Assembly: GCA_964624025.1 (NCBI GenBank)
Contig: CAZUXK010000003.1
Coordinates: 1 to 58,097 of the forward strand
From: an uncultured Brevundimonas sp.
GTDB lineage: Bacteria > Pseudomonadota > Alphaproteobacteria > Caulobacterales > Caulobacteraceae
DNA: 58,097 bases
Direction of reading: 5' to 3'
In this document: positions 26,902-37,654 of the stretch, piece after piece
How positions within the stretch are numbered: the first letter of the stretch is position 1
Layout: each line of letters starts with the position of its first letter
Program-made: the position numbers and the translations under genes
The notes under the pieces: generated by a model
What the model was told of the DNA's origin: nothing
What the model saw: only the letters and a program-made list of their open reading frames with translations
The model's database searches: none

Positions 26902-28307
26902 GCCGGAACCCGGTTTTCGGCCTGCGCGAGCAGCGTCTCCAGCTTGGCCGCCATCATGGCCATGACCGAGCGGCGAAGCGTCATGGCCTCGGCTCGGGCG
27001 ACCGGATCCTCGGGCAGGGCCGGTCCCACGTGCCGCACCCAGTCCAGGCGGCAGCCGTCGAGCCAGCGGTCCAGGGCCGCGTCCTGGGCCCAGCGGTTCT
27101 CGTTGCGGCTGTCGGCGATGGTGGTGCGCAGGAAGTCGACCGGCGTGTCGGGATGGGCGATCGGGCGGCAGAGGTCGTTCTTGACGACCGGGTCGTCGTA
27201 GGCCGCCTCGACGTGGCCGATGAAGGCGGCGCTGAACACCTGCTGACAGGTGCGGACCGACTGCAGGGTGATCCGGCGATCGGAGAAGACCGGGACCTCG
27301 GGCCGCTGCTCCAGCCCGTCGGCGGTGCAGTCGACATGCAGGGTGTCCGGCGTGGTCGGGACGCGACCACCGTCCAGCACGATGGCGTCCGCCTCGATGC
27401 GCTGGACACGCCCGAGGCGGACCACCGACGTCAGGCTGCGCAGCTCCGACAGCTCCACCTGGGAGACGGTGGCGCAGCGGTACATCTCCGGCTTCACCGC
27501 GGTGTCGATGCGCGACAGCCGCCCGCAGGCCTCGAGCCGTTCAAACAGGTCGTCGACGTCGGTCGCCGCCTGGATGGCCTCGAACTGCCCGACATAGACG
27601 GGGATGACCTGGTCGGCGAAGGCCGGTCCGGGCTGGGTCAGGGTGCGGTCGATCAGCCAGGAATCGCGCGGCATGATCCAGGTGATGCGGTCCGGGGCCA
27701 CCCCGCGCCGCAGCAGCCACAGACAGGCGTCGATGCCGGTCTTGCCGGCGCCCACGACGGTGAAGCGCTCGTACTCCCCCGCCAGGGCGGCCAGCACGTT
27801 CGGCGGCCCGCAGGCCACGCCGGCGGCGACCTCGAACGGCGGGGTCCGCATCGCCGGCACGGTGACGTTCTGATAGGTGGCGTCCACCAGGGCGCGGGTC
27901 GGCGTCACGGTGAAGGTCTCGCCGGAGACCCGCGAGCGGCACCGCCCCTCGCCGAGGTGCTCTGTCATCGGCAGGTAGCGCACGCGGCCGGACGGCAGAA
28001 GGGTGCGCGCCATCACCTGGTCGAAGTAGCTGCAGATCTCGCCGACCCCCGCCAGCTCGTAGAGGCCGGCGTTGGGGCCATGGGCGTCGATCTGATCGTC
28101 GCCCAGCTTGCGCGAGGCCACGCCGTAGCCGACCGAGGGCTGGTGCAGGCGCACGAAGGGATAGGCCAAGGTCCAGTGCCCGCCCGGCTGATCGTAGCGA
28201 TCGACTATGACGATGGTGGCGTCCGTCTCGGCGACGAGCACGTCGGCGAAGGCCAGGCCCATGGCCCCTGCCCCCACCACCAGATAGTCGGCCTGGATGT
28301 TGCTCAT
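26898..28307 (-). CDS. NAD(P)/FAD-dependent oxidoreductase
   Basis: VVGAGAMG, GGHW..AYPFVRLHQPS and a second Rossmann motif VVGAGKTG. Confidence 0.85.
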   Translation of the reverse strand: MSNIQADYLVVGAGAMGLAFADVLVAETDATIVIVDRYDQPGGHWTLAYPFVRLHQPSVGYGVASRKLGDDQIDAHGPNAGLYELAGVGEICSYFDQVMARTLLPSGRVRYLPMTEHLGEGRCRSRVSGETFTVTPTRALVDATYQNVTVPAMRTPPFEVAAGVACGPPNVLAALAGEYERFTVVGAGKTGIDACLWLLRRGVAPDRITWIMPRDSWLIDRTLTQPGPAFADQVIPVYVGQFEAIQAATDVDDLFERLEACGRLSRIDTAVKPEMYRCATVSQVELSELRSLTSVVRLGRVQRIEADAIVLDGGRVPTTPDTLHVDCTADGLEQRPEVPVFSDRRITLQSVRTCQQVFSAAFIGHVEAAYDDPVVKNDLCRPIAHPDTPVDFLRTTIADSRNENRWAQDAALDRWLDGCRLDWVRHVGPALPEDPVARAEAMTLRRSVMAMMAAKLETLLAQAENRVPA

Positions 28308-28315
28308 GGCCCGCC

Positions 28316-29221
28316 TCAGCTCAGCTTCAGGCCGGCCGCCTGGGCGGCCTTGCCGACGAACTTCATGACCTGACCGCCGCCGTCCTCATAGGCCACGGCC
28401 CCCGACAGGTCGCTGATCCGGTCCCAGGCGGCCGCCACGGCCTCGGGCGTGTTCTCCTCCGGACCAAAATGCACGCCGTCGGTTTCCAGGATGATGGTGC
28501 GGGCGTAGCCGCCGGCGGTCGCGTCCAGGATGACCCGCGAGGGCGCGTCCTCGCTGACCAGGAACAGCAGGCCCGGCGTCACGGCCCTGGCCTCCATCAG
28601 GTCGATGATCGCTGGCGGCAGGAGATCGCGGGTCATCTGCGTCGCCGCGCCGGGGGCGAGGGTGTTGACCCGGATGTTGGCCTTGGCCCCTTCCAGGTGC
28701 AGCACGTTCATCAGCCCGACCATGGCCATCTTGGCCGCGCCGTAGTTCGACTGGCCGAAGTTGCCGTAGAGGCCCGACGAGGAGCTGGTGAAGACGATCC
28801 GGCCGTAACCGGCCTCGCGCATGTGCGGCCAGACCGCGAGGGTGCAGACGGCCGTGCCGGCCACGTGGACCCGCATCACCGCCTCCCAGTCGGCCAGCGT
28901 CATCTTGGCGAAGGTGCGGTCGCGCAGGATGCCGGCGTTGTTGACCAGGATGTCGACCCGGCCCCAGCGGTCCAGAGTCTGGGCGACCATGTCGCCGACC
29001 TGCGCCTCGTCGGCCACGTCGGCGCCGTGCGCCAGGGCCTCGCCGCCCGCCGCCTCGATCAGGGCGACGGTCTCCAGCGCCGACGCCGGGACCGTTCCGC
29101 CGCCATAATCGTTGACCACCACCTTGGCGCCGCGCGCGGCCAGACCGAGGGCATGCTCGCGCCCCAGGCCGCCTCCGGCGCCGGTGACGATGGCGACGCG
29201 GCCGTCAAAGCGGATGGTCAT
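28316..29221 (-). CDS. SDR, MFE-2-like 3-hydroxyacyl-CoA dehydrogenase
   Basis: TGAGGGLG, VVVND, NNAGILRD, GNFGQSNYGAAK. Confidence 0.92.
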   Translation of the reverse strand: MTIRFDGRVAIVTGAGGGLGREHALGLAARGAKVVVNDYGGGTVPASALETVALIEAAGGEALAHGADVADEAQVGDMVAQTLDRWGRVDILVNNAGILRDRTFAKMTLADWEAVMRVHVAGTAVCTLAVWPHMREAGYGRIVFTSSSSGLYGNFGQSNYGAAKMAMVGLMNVLHLEGAKANIRVNTLAPGAATQMTRDLLPPAIIDLMEARAVTPGLLFLVSEDAPSRVILDATAGGYARTIILETDGVHFGPEENTPEAVAAAWDRISDLSGAVAYEDGGGQVMKFVGKAAQAAGLKLS

Positions 29222-30213
29222 CAGGCAGGCTCCTTGGCGTGAAGTGTGAAGGCCTCGGCCATGACCTCGGCGTAGGTCCGGCGTGGGCGCCAGCCGAGCT
29301 CACGGCGGAGGCGCGAGGCGTCGATGCGGTTGTCGAAGCCGATCAGGTTGAGCCCCTCCAGCGTCGGCAGGGCCAGGTCGGCGGGGCCGACCAGATCGGC
29401 CGGACGTTCGTTGGCGCGCGCGGCCGCCAGCACCGGCTCCAGCGGATAGGCCGGCGGCGGCGGACGATCGGCGAGGACGGCGATATCGTCGAAGAAGCGC
29501 CGCCAGGTCACCCCCTCGCCGTCGCAGACGTTGTAGGTGCGCCCGACCGCCGCCTCATGGGTTCCCGCGAGCACAATGGCGTCAGCGAGATTGTCGACGT
29601 GGGTCAGGCCGGCTTCGTTGCGCTCGGCGTCCCCGAACACGGCTCCGCCGGTGGAGCGGAACAGGTCGATCAGCCGATCCCCCCAGGCCCCGCCGCCGCC
29701 GAAGCCATAGACGTTGGCGGGCCGCACCAGGGTCAGGGCGAGATCGGAATGGGCCGCGACCTCGAGCGCCAGCCGCTCCTGGCCCTGCTTGGCCCGGCCG
29801 TAGGCGCCCTGCCAGGCGCCGAACCCGTCATCTTCCCGACAGATCCGGGTCTGGATGCGATCCCCATAGATTGCGATGGAGGAGGCCACGACGACCCGCG
29901 AGCCCTGAGCGGCGGCCGCCTCGCAGACACGGCGCGTGCCTTCCGCGATCACCGCCCATTGGCGATCGTAGTCTCCCGCATGCCCGACGAGCGCGGCCAG
30001 GTGGATGACCAGGTCCGCGCCCCCCACGGCCCGCGCCACGTCGTCCGCCTGGGTGACGTCGCCCTCGATCCGTCGCACTCGCCCGGCCCAGTTCGGCGGC
30101 TCCGGATCGCCGGGCAGGGCGAAGCTCGCGACCGACCAGCCGTCCGCCAGCAGCCGGTCCGCCACGCGTCGGCCGATGAAGCCCGAGCCGCCGGTGACCA
30201 GCGCCGAGGGCAT
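29221..30213 (-). CDS. Extended SDR, NAD-dependent epimerase/dehydratase (3-beta-HSD-like)
   Basis: VTGGSGFIG, HLAA, YGRAK, RPANVYG; ATG at 30213 coupled to the thiolase stop. Confidence 0.88.
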   Translation of the reverse strand: MPSALVTGGSGFIGRRVADRLLADGWSVASFALPGDPEPPNWAGRVRRIEGDVTQADDVARAVGGADLVIHLAALVGHAGDYDRQWAVIAEGTRRVCEAAAAQGSRVVVASSIAIYGDRIQTRICREDDGFGAWQGAYGRAKQGQERLALEVAAHSDLALTLVRPANVYGFGGGGAWGDRLIDLFRSTGGAVFGDAERNEAGLTHVDNLADAIVLAGTHEAAVGRTYNVCDGEGVTWRRFFDDIAVLADRPPPPAYPLEPVLAAARANERPADLVGPADLALPTLEGLNLIGFDNRIDASRLRRELGWRPRRTYAEVMAEAFTLHAKEPA

Positions 30214-31418
30214 CAGGCGATCTCGATGAGACCCGCCGCGCCCATGCCGGCGCCGACGCACATGGTGACGACGGCGTACCGGACGCCCCGACGTTTGCCC
30301 TCGATCAGGGCGTGTCCGACCGAGCGCGCCCCGGTCATGCCGTAGGGGTGGCCGATCGAGATGGCGCCGCCGTTGACGTTGTAGATCTCCGGGTCGATCC
30401 CGAGCGTGTCGCGGCAGTAGAGGCACTGGCTGGCGAAGGCCTCGTTCAGCTCCCACAGGCCGATGTCGGAGACCTTGAGGCCATGCCGCTCCAGAAGGCG
30501 CGGGACCGCATAGATCGGCCCGATACCCATCTCGTCGGGTTCGCAGCCGGCGGTGGCGAAGCCGCGGAACCAGCCCAGGGGCTCGATCCCGCGCGACTTC
30601 GCCAGGTCTCCGTCCATGAGGACGGCCACGCTGGCCCCGTCCGACTGCTGGCTGGCGTTGCCCGCCGTGACCGTCTTGCCCTCGGCCATGGTCATGCCGC
30701 CCTTTAGGACGGGCTTGAGGGCGGCCAGCGAGTCATAGGTCGTCTCGGGCCGGTTGCATTCGTCGCGATCCACCAGGACCTCGACGTCGCGGCTTTCGCC
30801 GGTGGCCTTGTCGGTCTGCTTCCACAGGGTCTTGAGCGGGACGATCTCGGCGTCGAAGCGGCCGGCGGCCTGGGCCGCGGCGGTGCGCTGCTGGCTCTGC
30901 AGGGCGTAGCGGTCCTGCGCCTCGCGGCTGACGCCATAGCGCTCGGCGACGATCTCGGCGGTCTCGATCATGGTCATCCAGAGCGCCGGGTGGGCGGCGT
31001 AGAGCTCCGGCTCCACGGCGCCGTGCATGTTCATGTGGCCCGACAGCTGGACCATGGAGATGGATTCCACGCCGCCCGCGGCGATCACCGGAACGCCCTC
31101 GGTACGGATGCGGCCGGCGGCGAAGGCGATCGCCTGCAGCCCCGAGGAGCAGTAGCGGTTCACCGTGACGCCCGAGGTGGTCACCGGGCACCCGGCCTTG
31201 ATCGCGGCGTTGCGGGCGATGTTGAAGCCGGTCGCCCCCTCGGGCATGCCCGCGCCCAGGATCACGTCCTCGATCTCGGCGGGCTCCACGCCCGCGCGCT
31301 GGATGGCGTGCTCCAGCACATGCCCAGCCAGCCGGATGGGGTGCGTCTGGTTGAAGCTGCCCCGGACCGATTTGGCCATGGCGGTGCGCGCGGTGGAGAC
31401 GATGGCGACGTCGGTCAT
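30213..31418 (-). CDS. Acetyl-CoA C-acyltransferase (thiolase)
   Basis: NRYCSSG, NEAFA, GHPYG, MCVG.GMG. Confidence 0.96.
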   Translation of the reverse strand: MTDVAIVSTARTAMAKSVRGSFNQTHPIRLAGHVLEHAIQRAGVEPAEIEDVILGAGMPEGATGFNIARNAAIKAGCPVTTSGVTVNRYCSSGLQAIAFAAGRIRTEGVPVIAAGGVESISMVQLSGHMNMHGAVEPELYAAHPALWMTMIETAEIVAERYGVSREAQDRYALQSQQRTAAAQAAGRFDAEIVPLKTLWKQTDKATGESRDVEVLVDRDECNRPETTYDSLAALKPVLKGGMTMAEGKTVTAGNASQQSDGASVAVLMDGDLAKSRGIEPLGWFRGFATAGCEPDEMGIGPIYAVPRLLERHGLKVSDIGLWELNEAFASQCLYCRDTLGIDPEIYNVNGGAISIGHPYGMTGARSVGHALIEGKRRGVRYAVVTMCVGAGMGAAGLIEIA

Positions 31419-31441
31419 GGAACCTCCCGTTTTTCTTTTTA

Positions 31442-31541
31442 GCTAAACAGATGTTCAGCGGCCGCGCAACAGTCGCTGGACTGGCGGCGTGTCGAAACCG
31501 CCCCGGTGCGCAGCGCAGGCATGACTAAACAGTTGCTCAGC
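31442..31541. promoter_or_regulatory. Two copies of the cluster operator (CTRAACA-N2-TGYTCAG)
   Basis: GCTAAACAGATGTTCAGC at 31442-31459 and ACTAAACAGTTGCTCAGC at 31524-31541, in the divergent thiolase/MFS gap. Confidence 0.8.
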
Positions 31542-31594
31542 GACCGGGGGTGCATAGTGTGGACCCTCGCGCCGAAGGGAGGGCAAGCGTCGCC

Positions 31595-32866
31595 ATGTCC
31601 GAGTCCAAACTCCAGCCGTCCGGTCGGGGAGCCGCCCTGTGGGCGCTGACGCTCCTGTCGGCCGTCAGCTTCTTCAACTACCTCGACCGCATGGTCATCG
31701 CCGTGCTGGTGCAGCCGATCAAGGCGGACCTCGGCCTGTCGGACACCCAGGTGGGGCTGGTCTCCGGCTTCGCCTTCGCCCTGCTCTATGCGCTCGCGGG
31801 CCTGCCGATCGCGCGCATCGCCGACCGCAGCTCGCGCGTGCGACTGATCTCGGTCTGCCTGGTGCTGTGGAGCGCCATGACGGCGGTCACCGGCCTCGCG
31901 CGCAACTTCCTGGAGCTGTTCCTGGCGCGGATGGCGGTCGGCGTGGGAGAGGCGGGCTGCGTGCCGGCGTCGCACTCCCTGCTCGGCGACCTGTTCTCGC
32001 CCCGGACACGGGCCCTCGCCGTCGGCGTTTTCCAGGTCGGCGGACTTCTCGGCATGAGCTTCGGGCTGGCGGGCGCCGGATGGGTGGCGGAGACCTACGG
32101 CTGGCGCACGGCGCTCGTCGCCGCAGGCCTCGCCGGCGCCCCCTTGGCCCTCCTTCTCGTGCTGACGGTGAGGGAGCCCCGCCGGGCCGAGGTCGCCGCG
32201 TCGGCCCGAGGCGAGACGACGCTCCAGACGCTGAGAGCGCTGGCCCGACGCCCGACGCTGGCCCATCTGATCATCGGCCTGTCGATCGGGGCCTTCGCCA
32301 CCTATGGCATCGGCCAGTGGGTCGCGGCCTTCTACATCCGCAGCCACGGCCTGGGTCTGGCCGAGGTCGGGCTGATCACCGGTTCGATCGCGGCGGGGGC
32401 GGGCATCCTGGGCACCCTGGCCGGCGGAGGGCTCATGGTCTGGTTGCGCCGGCGGGACGCCCGCTGGGAGCTGTGGCAGCCCATGGCGGCCTATCTGCTG
32501 GCGGCGCCCCTGTTCGCGGGGGCGTTTCTGGTGACGGACCTCTCCGCCGCCCTGGCGCTGCAGTTCGGGGGCACCCTCCTCGGGGCCATGGGTGGGGGCG
32601 TGGCCCTGGCGGCGATCCAGAGCTTCGCCGAGCCCCACCGCCGCGCCACAGCGGTCGCCGTCATGCTGATGCTGTCGTCGCTGATCGGCCTGGGCCTCGG
32701 ACCGGCGGCCGTCGGCGCGCTCAGCGATGCGCTCACGGCCACACAGGCGGGCGCCAGTCTGAGGATCGCGCTCGCCGCGTCGACGGCCTTCCTCGCCTGG
32801 GCGGCGCTGCACTTCCTGCTGGCGGCCCGATCCGCCGGCTCCGACGGCTCGCCGGCCCCGCGGTGA
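31595..32866 (+). CDS. MFS transporter (spinster-like)
   Basis: NYLDR, IKADLGLSD.Q.G, R..VG.GEAG..PAS.SL..D.F; about 12 hydrophobic segments. Confidence 0.92.
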   Translation: MSESKLQPSGRGAALWALTLLSAVSFFNYLDRMVIAVLVQPIKADLGLSDTQVGLVSGFAFALLYALAGLPIARIADRSSRVRLISVCLVLWSAMTAVTGLARNFLELFLARMAVGVGEAGCVPASHSLLGDLFSPRTRALAVGVFQVGGLLGMSFGLAGAGWVAETYGWRTALVAAGLAGAPLALLLVLTVREPRRAEVAASARGETTLQTLRALARRPTLAHLIIGLSIGAFATYGIGQWVAAFYIRSHGLGLAEVGLITGSIAAGAGILGTLAGGGLMVWLRRRDARWELWQPMAAYLLAAPLFAGAFLVTDLSAALALQFGGTLLGAMGGGVALAAIQSFAEPHRRATAVAVMLMLSSLIGLGLGPAAVGALSDALTATQAGASLRIALAASTAFLAWAALHFLLAARSAGSDGSPAPR

Positions 32867-32871
32867 AGGCG

Positions 32872-33492
32872 TCAGTGACTCAGCGCGGCCGGCCGCCGCG
32901 CCGCCCTCCGGACGGAGGCCGCCGTGTGCACCAAGCCCGGTTCCGGCGTCATGAGGGTCTGGAGCCAATGCGCCGTCGTTGTCGTGAGGACCTCGCCGGC
33001 TCCGGGCTCCAGGCCCATGGCCCGCCTGGCCAGCAGCCCCATGATCAGGGTCCAGGCCGCCTGAGCGCGCGCGCCGGCGTCCGGCCCGCCCAGCGCGGCC
33101 TCCAGGGAGCGCAGGACGGCGGCTTGGGCCGCCGCGCGGACGTCGCGTGATCCGGCTTCGGACAGGATGGCGCGAAACAGCAGATCGAAGGCGCGCGCCT
33201 CCGGGCCGCCGTCCGCGCCGAGCAGCTGATCGACCACCCGGCGGCCAAAAGTGGCGGGATCTCCCGCGCACAGCGCGTCCCATGCGCCCGACGCCAGGAC
33301 GGCCTCGCACAGTCCCGCCTTGGAGCCGAAGTATCGCGGGATCAGCGCCGCATCGACGGCGGCGACGCGGGCGATGTCGCGCAGGCCGACGGCGTCGAAG
33401 CCGTGGCTGGCGAACAGGTCACCGGCGGCCTCGATCAGGGCCCGACGCGTGCGCTCGGCGCAGCGCGGGCGGGGCCCCAGCTCACAGACCAC
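32872..33492 (-). CDS. TetR-family regulator
   Basis: TR.ALI.AA..LFA..GFD.V.LRDIA..A.VD.ALI.RYFGSK. Confidence 0.88.
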   Translation of the reverse strand: MVCELGPRPRCAERTRRALIEAAGDLFASHGFDAVGLRDIARVAAVDAALIPRYFGSKAGLCEAVLASGAWDALCAGDPATFGRRVVDQLLGADGGPEARAFDLLFRAILSEAGSRDVRAAAQAAVLRSLEAALGGPDAGARAQAAWTLIMGLLARRAMGLEPGAGEVLTTTTAHWLQTLMTPEPGLVHTAASVRRAARRPAALSH

Positions 33493-34396
33493 GACCTGAT
33501 CCCGACAGGTGACGCAGGAGTTCCGTCGCGACCGAGCGGGGCTGCTCCAGCTGCGGGAAATGGCCCGCGTCGAGCGTCTCGACCCTCAAACCTCCGGGGA
33601 AGTCCTCCGGCTGCATGCTGGCGCGATAGATGTCCGCGCCGATGCAGGCGTCCCGACTTCCGATCAGGCCCAGCGTCGGCGCCTGGACCGTGCTCGCGAG
33701 CAGGGCGTGGCTGGGGGCGGCCGCCGGCGACCGGTCCAGCGCCTGGCGGTAGTAGTCCAGCGCGGCCCGACGCGTCGCGCGATCCGACAGCCGTCGGCGA
33801 GCGTCCCCGAGCGCCGTCGGCTCTGGCGTCCAGTTCGGCGACCACTTGCGCCAGAGGCGCTCCACGAAGCCGGCGCGGCCGCGCCCCACCCACCAGTCCG
33901 ACAGGCCCTTCAGCTGGAAGAAGACAATGTAGGACGAGCGGCTCACCTGCGCCTTGTCGTCCTTCATGGCGAGGGCGAAGCGCAGGGGATGGGGGACCGA
34001 GATCATGGAGAGGCTGAGCGTCTGGTCCGGCCGCCCCGCCGCCGCCGCGAAGGCGATGGTGGCGCCCCAGTCGTGCCCCACCAGATGCGCCCTGTCCGCG
34101 CCCAGAGCCGCGATGAGCCCCGAGACGTCGCCGGCCAGATCGGCCAGGCGGTAGCCGCCGTCGGCCGGGCGCGAGCTCGCCTCATAGCCCCGCAGCGTCA
34201 CCGCCGCGCACCGGAAGCCGGCCTCGGCGAGCACCGGCATGACAAGGCACCAGGTGCCCGGCCCGTCGGGAAACCCATGGAGCAGGAGCACCAGCGGCCC
34301 CTCGCCCATCTCATGGATGGTGAAGGCGAGCGGGCCGACGGAGACGGCGTGCGCCCGCGCCCCGGGGATCAGGTCGCCCGGGGCGGCGTCAGACAC
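33482..34396 (-). CDS. Alpha/beta hydrolase (epoxide hydrolase-like)
   Basis: HGFP, GHDWG (Asp nucleophile), GHFPQLEQP. Confidence 0.88.
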   Translation of the reverse strand: MSDAAPGDLIPGARAHAVSVGPLAFTIHEMGEGPLVLLLHGFPDGPGTWCLVMPVLAEAGFRCAAVTLRGYEASSRPADGGYRLADLAGDVSGLIAALGADRAHLVGHDWGATIAFAAAAGRPDQTLSLSMISVPHPLRFALAMKDDKAQVSRSSYIVFFQLKGLSDWWVGRGRAGFVERLWRKWSPNWTPEPTALGDARRRLSDRATRRAALDYYRQALDRSPAAAPSHALLASTVQAPTLGLIGSRDACIGADIYRASMQPEDFPGGLRVETLDAGHFPQLEQPRSVATELLRHLSGSGRGL

Positions 34397-35438
34397 GGGC
34401 GTCGCTCCAGGGGTCGATGAGGATCTTGGCGTGGGCTTCCGGATCGGCGAGCGCCGCGAAGGCGTCGGCGACGCCCTCCAGGCCGACGGTGCCGGTGATC
34501 ATCGGCTTCCAGTTGATCTCGCCGGCCTCCAGCAAACGCAGGGCCTCGGTGAACTCCTCGGCGGTGTAGTAGATCACGAACTGGAGGCTCAGCTCCTTGG
34601 TGATGGCGATCATCGGGATGAAGCTCTCGTCGCCGGGCGCGATGCCCGTGACCACGACCCGGCTCCCGGCCGGGGCCTCCAGCACGATCTTGCCGAGCAG
34701 CCCCGGCGCGCCGGTGTTCTCGAACACCACCACCCTGCGCCCCGGCGCGATCTCGGCGGCGCGGGCGAAGGGGCTGCCGGCGCGCGCGTCGATCACCTCG
34801 GTCGCGCCCTGGGTCAGAGCCAGGTCCCGGCGACGCGGGGACAGGTCCGAGGCCAGGATGACGTCCACGCCGCGCACCTTCAGGATGGCGGTGACGGCCA
34901 GGCCGATCGGCCCGCAGCCCACTACGACGGCGACGTCGCCGGGCTTGAGCTCGGCCTTGTTGACCGCGTGCACGGCAATGCCCAGCGGCTCGGTCAGGGC
35001 GGCGGCCGCGTCGGGCAGGTCGTCGGCGACCTTCACCAGGAGGGCGGCGCTCAGCACCATGTATTGGGCGTAGGCGCCCGGCGTGTCCGGCGTGGAACCC
35101 AGGAGCGCGGGCCCCGTGGCCTTGAGCACGAAGGGCATGGAGCAGACGCGGTCGCCGACCTTGAGCCCGCCCGGATCGCCCTCGCCGAAGGCGACGACCT
35201 CGGCGACGAACTCATGGCCCAGGACCAGACCCTCGGTCAGGCCCCGCCGCATCTCCTCGACCGGCGCGCCGAGCTTCTCGGCCTTGTCGATCAGGTCGGG
35301 GAAGTGGCGGAAGATGTGCAGATCCGATCCGCAGATGCCGCAGGCCCGCACCTTGACCAGCACCTCGCCGGGGCCGGGCGTGGGGATGGTCACGTCCTCC
35401 ACGAAGAAGCGGCTGTTGCGCATCACGGCCGAACGCAT
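34389..35438 (-). CDS. Zinc-binding (MDR) dehydrogenase
   Basis: CGICGSDLH, GHEF, VGCGPIG; no four-Cys structural zinc lobe. Confidence 0.92.
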   Translation of the reverse strand: MRSAVMRNSRFFVEDVTIPTPGPGEVLVKVRACGICGSDLHIFRHFPDLIDKAEKLGAPVEEMRRGLTEGLVLGHEFVAEVVAFGEGDPGGLKVGDRVCSMPFVLKATGPALLGSTPDTPGAYAQYMVLSAALLVKVADDLPDAAAALTEPLGIAVHAVNKAELKPGDVAVVVGCGPIGLAVTAILKVRGVDVILASDLSPRRRDLALTQGATEVIDARAGSPFARAAEIAPGRRVVVFENTGAPGLLGKIVLEAPAGSRVVVTGIAPGDESFIPMIAITKELSLQFVIYYTAEEFTEALRLLEAGEINWKPMITGTVGLEGVADAFAALADPEAHAKILIDPWSDARV

Positions 35439-35479
35439 GTGCGGATCCTCTTGCGGTGGAAGACGGAAGGGGACGAGGG

Positions 35480-36052
35480 CTATTCGCCGACGACGATCAG
35501 TTTGGAGATGTCCAGGCCGAGCGCCTCGCAGTAGCCGCGGTAGATCTCCAGCGCGAAGCGGGCGTCCATCACCGAGGTCACCTTACCCTCGTCGTCCAGG
35601 TTGATGTTGGCGCCGTGAACGGCGAACCAGACGATGGTCTCGCCCTCCTGGTCGGCGGGGGTGCAGAGGGTGTGGACCGAGCCGGCCGGCTCGAACAGGT
35701 AGGAACCCGGGGCGTTCACCGCCTCGGGCGCCTCGGCGTAGAACCAGCGGCCCTTCAGCGTGACGGCGTAGACCAGGCCGGTATGGAAGTGACGGGCCAC
35801 CTTGTAGTTGGGGGGCAGTCGCGTCTTGGAGATCCAGAGCCCCTGCTCGAGATTGACGTGCAGCAGCTGGATGGCCGAGCCGTCGCCGGCCTCCACCCAC
35901 GGCAGATCCGCGTCGCCGACGTGCAGGGTGTCGACATCGGCGTTGACCGGGATCAGAGGGCGCTTGGAGATCTTCTCGACAAAGGCCAGGAGCGCGGGCG
36001 GGACGGCCGGCGAAGCGGCTTCGGCTGCGACGGGATCCAGGGTCTCGCTCAT
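35480..36052 (-). CDS. Cupin, 2,4'-dihydroxyacetophenone dioxygenase-like
   Basis: H.HTG.V...T..G.W.Y.E and GSYLFEPAGS.HTL. Confidence 0.8.
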   Translation of the reverse strand: MSETLDPVAAEAASPAVPPALLAFVEKISKRPLIPVNADVDTLHVGDADLPWVEAGDGSAIQLLHVNLEQGLWISKTRLPPNYKVARHFHTGLVYAVTLKGRWFYAEAPEAVNAPGSYLFEPAGSVHTLCTPADQEGETIVWFAVHGANINLDDEGKVTSVMDARFALEIYRGYCEALGLDISKLIVVGE

Positions 36053-36238
36053 GCTCAGGCTCCTTCCTTCCGGCCGCGCGCTGGCGACGTCAGATCGGCG
36101 ATGGGGATCACGGTCGCCCGTGCGGCGCCGGTGGAGAATACGGAGACCTGGTGGTCTCGCCGACGCGCCGCGCTGCCTGCCCGTGGGCGACGGCCTCGTC
36201 CTCAGCTCCCTACGAACGCCCGCCTTGGCGACGGTGTA

Positions 36239-36301
36239 TACTTACATTCACCTTGGCATGTATGTTGATCGAGTCAAGGGGCAACTGAACAGATGCTCAG
36301 C
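36239..36301. promoter_or_regulatory. Operator-like sites upstream of TetR 36310
   Basis: Imperfect palindrome TACTTACAT-N10-ATGTATGTT at 36239-36266 and cluster operator ACTGAACAGATGCTCAGC at 36284-36301. Confidence 0.65.
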
Positions 36302-36309
36302 GAAGGCGG

Positions 36310-36930
36310 ATGCAGGGAGGGGCACGCTTGCGGCGGACGCAGAGGGAGCGCAGCGAGACGACCCAAGCCCGCCTGCTGGAGGCGACTGTGGAAGTTCTGG
36401 CGGAGGTCGGGTGGGCGCGACTGACGACGGCGGCGATCTGCGAGCGGGCGGGCCTCACCCGCGGTGCGCAGTTGCATCATTTCCCCACCAAAGCTGCCCT
36501 GGTCAATGCGGCGGTGCGGCGGCTGACGGAGCGGGTTCTGTCGGGCTTCGACGAAGGCCTGGACGCCATTTGGCCCGAGGGGGATCCGCTGGCCCAGTTC
36601 CTGGAGGGCGTGTGGCGAACGCTGGACGGCCCCCTGTTCGAAGTGGGGCTGGAGCTTTTGGTTGCGGCCCGCAGCGACCCCGACCTGCGGCGGGCGCTGG
36701 AGCCGGCGACGGCCGAGCTGCGCGCCGCGACCGAAGTCCGCGTGCGCCGCGTGGCCGCCGCGCTCCACCCGGCCCATCCGGGCGCGCTGGAGCCGGTCCT
36801 CCACCTTTCGGTCCACCTGGTCCACGCCTTCGCACTGGACCGGGTCGTGTCGCCCCGCCCGGAGCGGAGCCGCGCGTTGTTCGAGGCGTGGAGCGAGGTT
36901 GTGCGCCGACTGGTCGCCCATGAAGGCTGA
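36310..36930 (+). CDS. TetR-family regulator
   Basis: RRTQ.ERS..T..RLL.AT...L...G....TT..I..RAG.TRGAQLHHFPTK. Confidence 0.92.
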   Translation: MQGGARLRRTQRERSETTQARLLEATVEVLAEVGWARLTTAAICERAGLTRGAQLHHFPTKAALVNAAVRRLTERVLSGFDEGLDAIWPEGDPLAQFLEGVWRTLDGPLFEVGLELLVAARSDPDLRRALEPATAELRAATEVRVRRVAAALHPAHPGALEPVLHLSVHLVHAFALDRVVSPRPERSRALFEAWSEVVRRLVAHEG

Positions 36931-37120
36931 CATCCGCGACCGGGTCTCTGGCCCCATGACGCGGCAGGTCCCGTAGAAACACCTGCCAACGGTCGGACAG
37001 GGCCTCGGCCGCGCGAAGGAACTAGCGATGGTCGCCGCCCAAGCCATGGCAGATCACCAGCCACGGCCGATCGGGCACGCCGAGCGCCGTTAGTCGATGG
37101 GGCCCGCCGGCCGCCTCAGC

Positions 37121-37576
37121 TCAGCAGTACTGCATCGTCAACCATTCCGCCGCGAGCGCCGGACGCTCCTCGCCTTCGATCTCGACGCTGACCTCGGTGC
37201 GCAGCAGGTAGCGTCCCCCGCCCTTGTCCTCCACGCCCAGCAGGGTGTAACGCGCGCGGATGCGACGGCCGGTCCGAACCGGAGCAAGGAAGCGGATTTT
37301 CTCGAAGCCGTAGTTCACGCCCATCTTGATCCCCTCCAGCACCACGACCTGGTCCGGGATGAGGCTGGCGAGCAGCGACAGGGTCAGAAAGCCGTGGGCG
37401 ATGGTGCCCCCGAACGGGGTCGCGGCGGCGGCGGCCGGGTCCACATGGATGAACTGGCGGTCCCCGGTCACCTCGGCGAAGGCGTCGACCATGGCTTGGT
37501 CCACGGCGAGCCAGTCCGAGGTGCCGAGATCGTGGTTGGTGAGGGTGAGCGCCTCAGCGGGCTTCAGGATCTGCAT
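37121..37576 (-). CDS. MaoC-family (R)-specific dehydratase
   Basis: FA..TGD.Q.IHVD, IAHGFLTLSL, NYG..K.RF..PV. Confidence 0.92.
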   Translation of the reverse strand: MQILKPAEALTLTNHDLGTSDWLAVDQAMVDAFAEVTGDRQFIHVDPAAAAATPFGGTIAHGFLTLSLLASLIPDQVVVLEGIKMGVNYGFEKIRFLAPVRTGRRIRARYTLLGVEDKGGGRYLLRTEVSVEIEGEERPALAAEWLTMQYC

Positions 37577-37607
37577 TCGACCTCTCGTTTTCGCCTAGGA
37601 CCCGAAG

Positions 37608-37636
37608 AAAAAAGCGGCGCGGACCAGCCGCGCCGC
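37608..37636 (-). terminator. Rho-independent terminator after the TonB receptor
   Basis: GCGGCGCGG-N5-CCGCGCCGC followed by T6 on the minus strand. Confidence 0.75.
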
Positions 37637-37654
37637 AGGTTTTCAGGAGAGGTC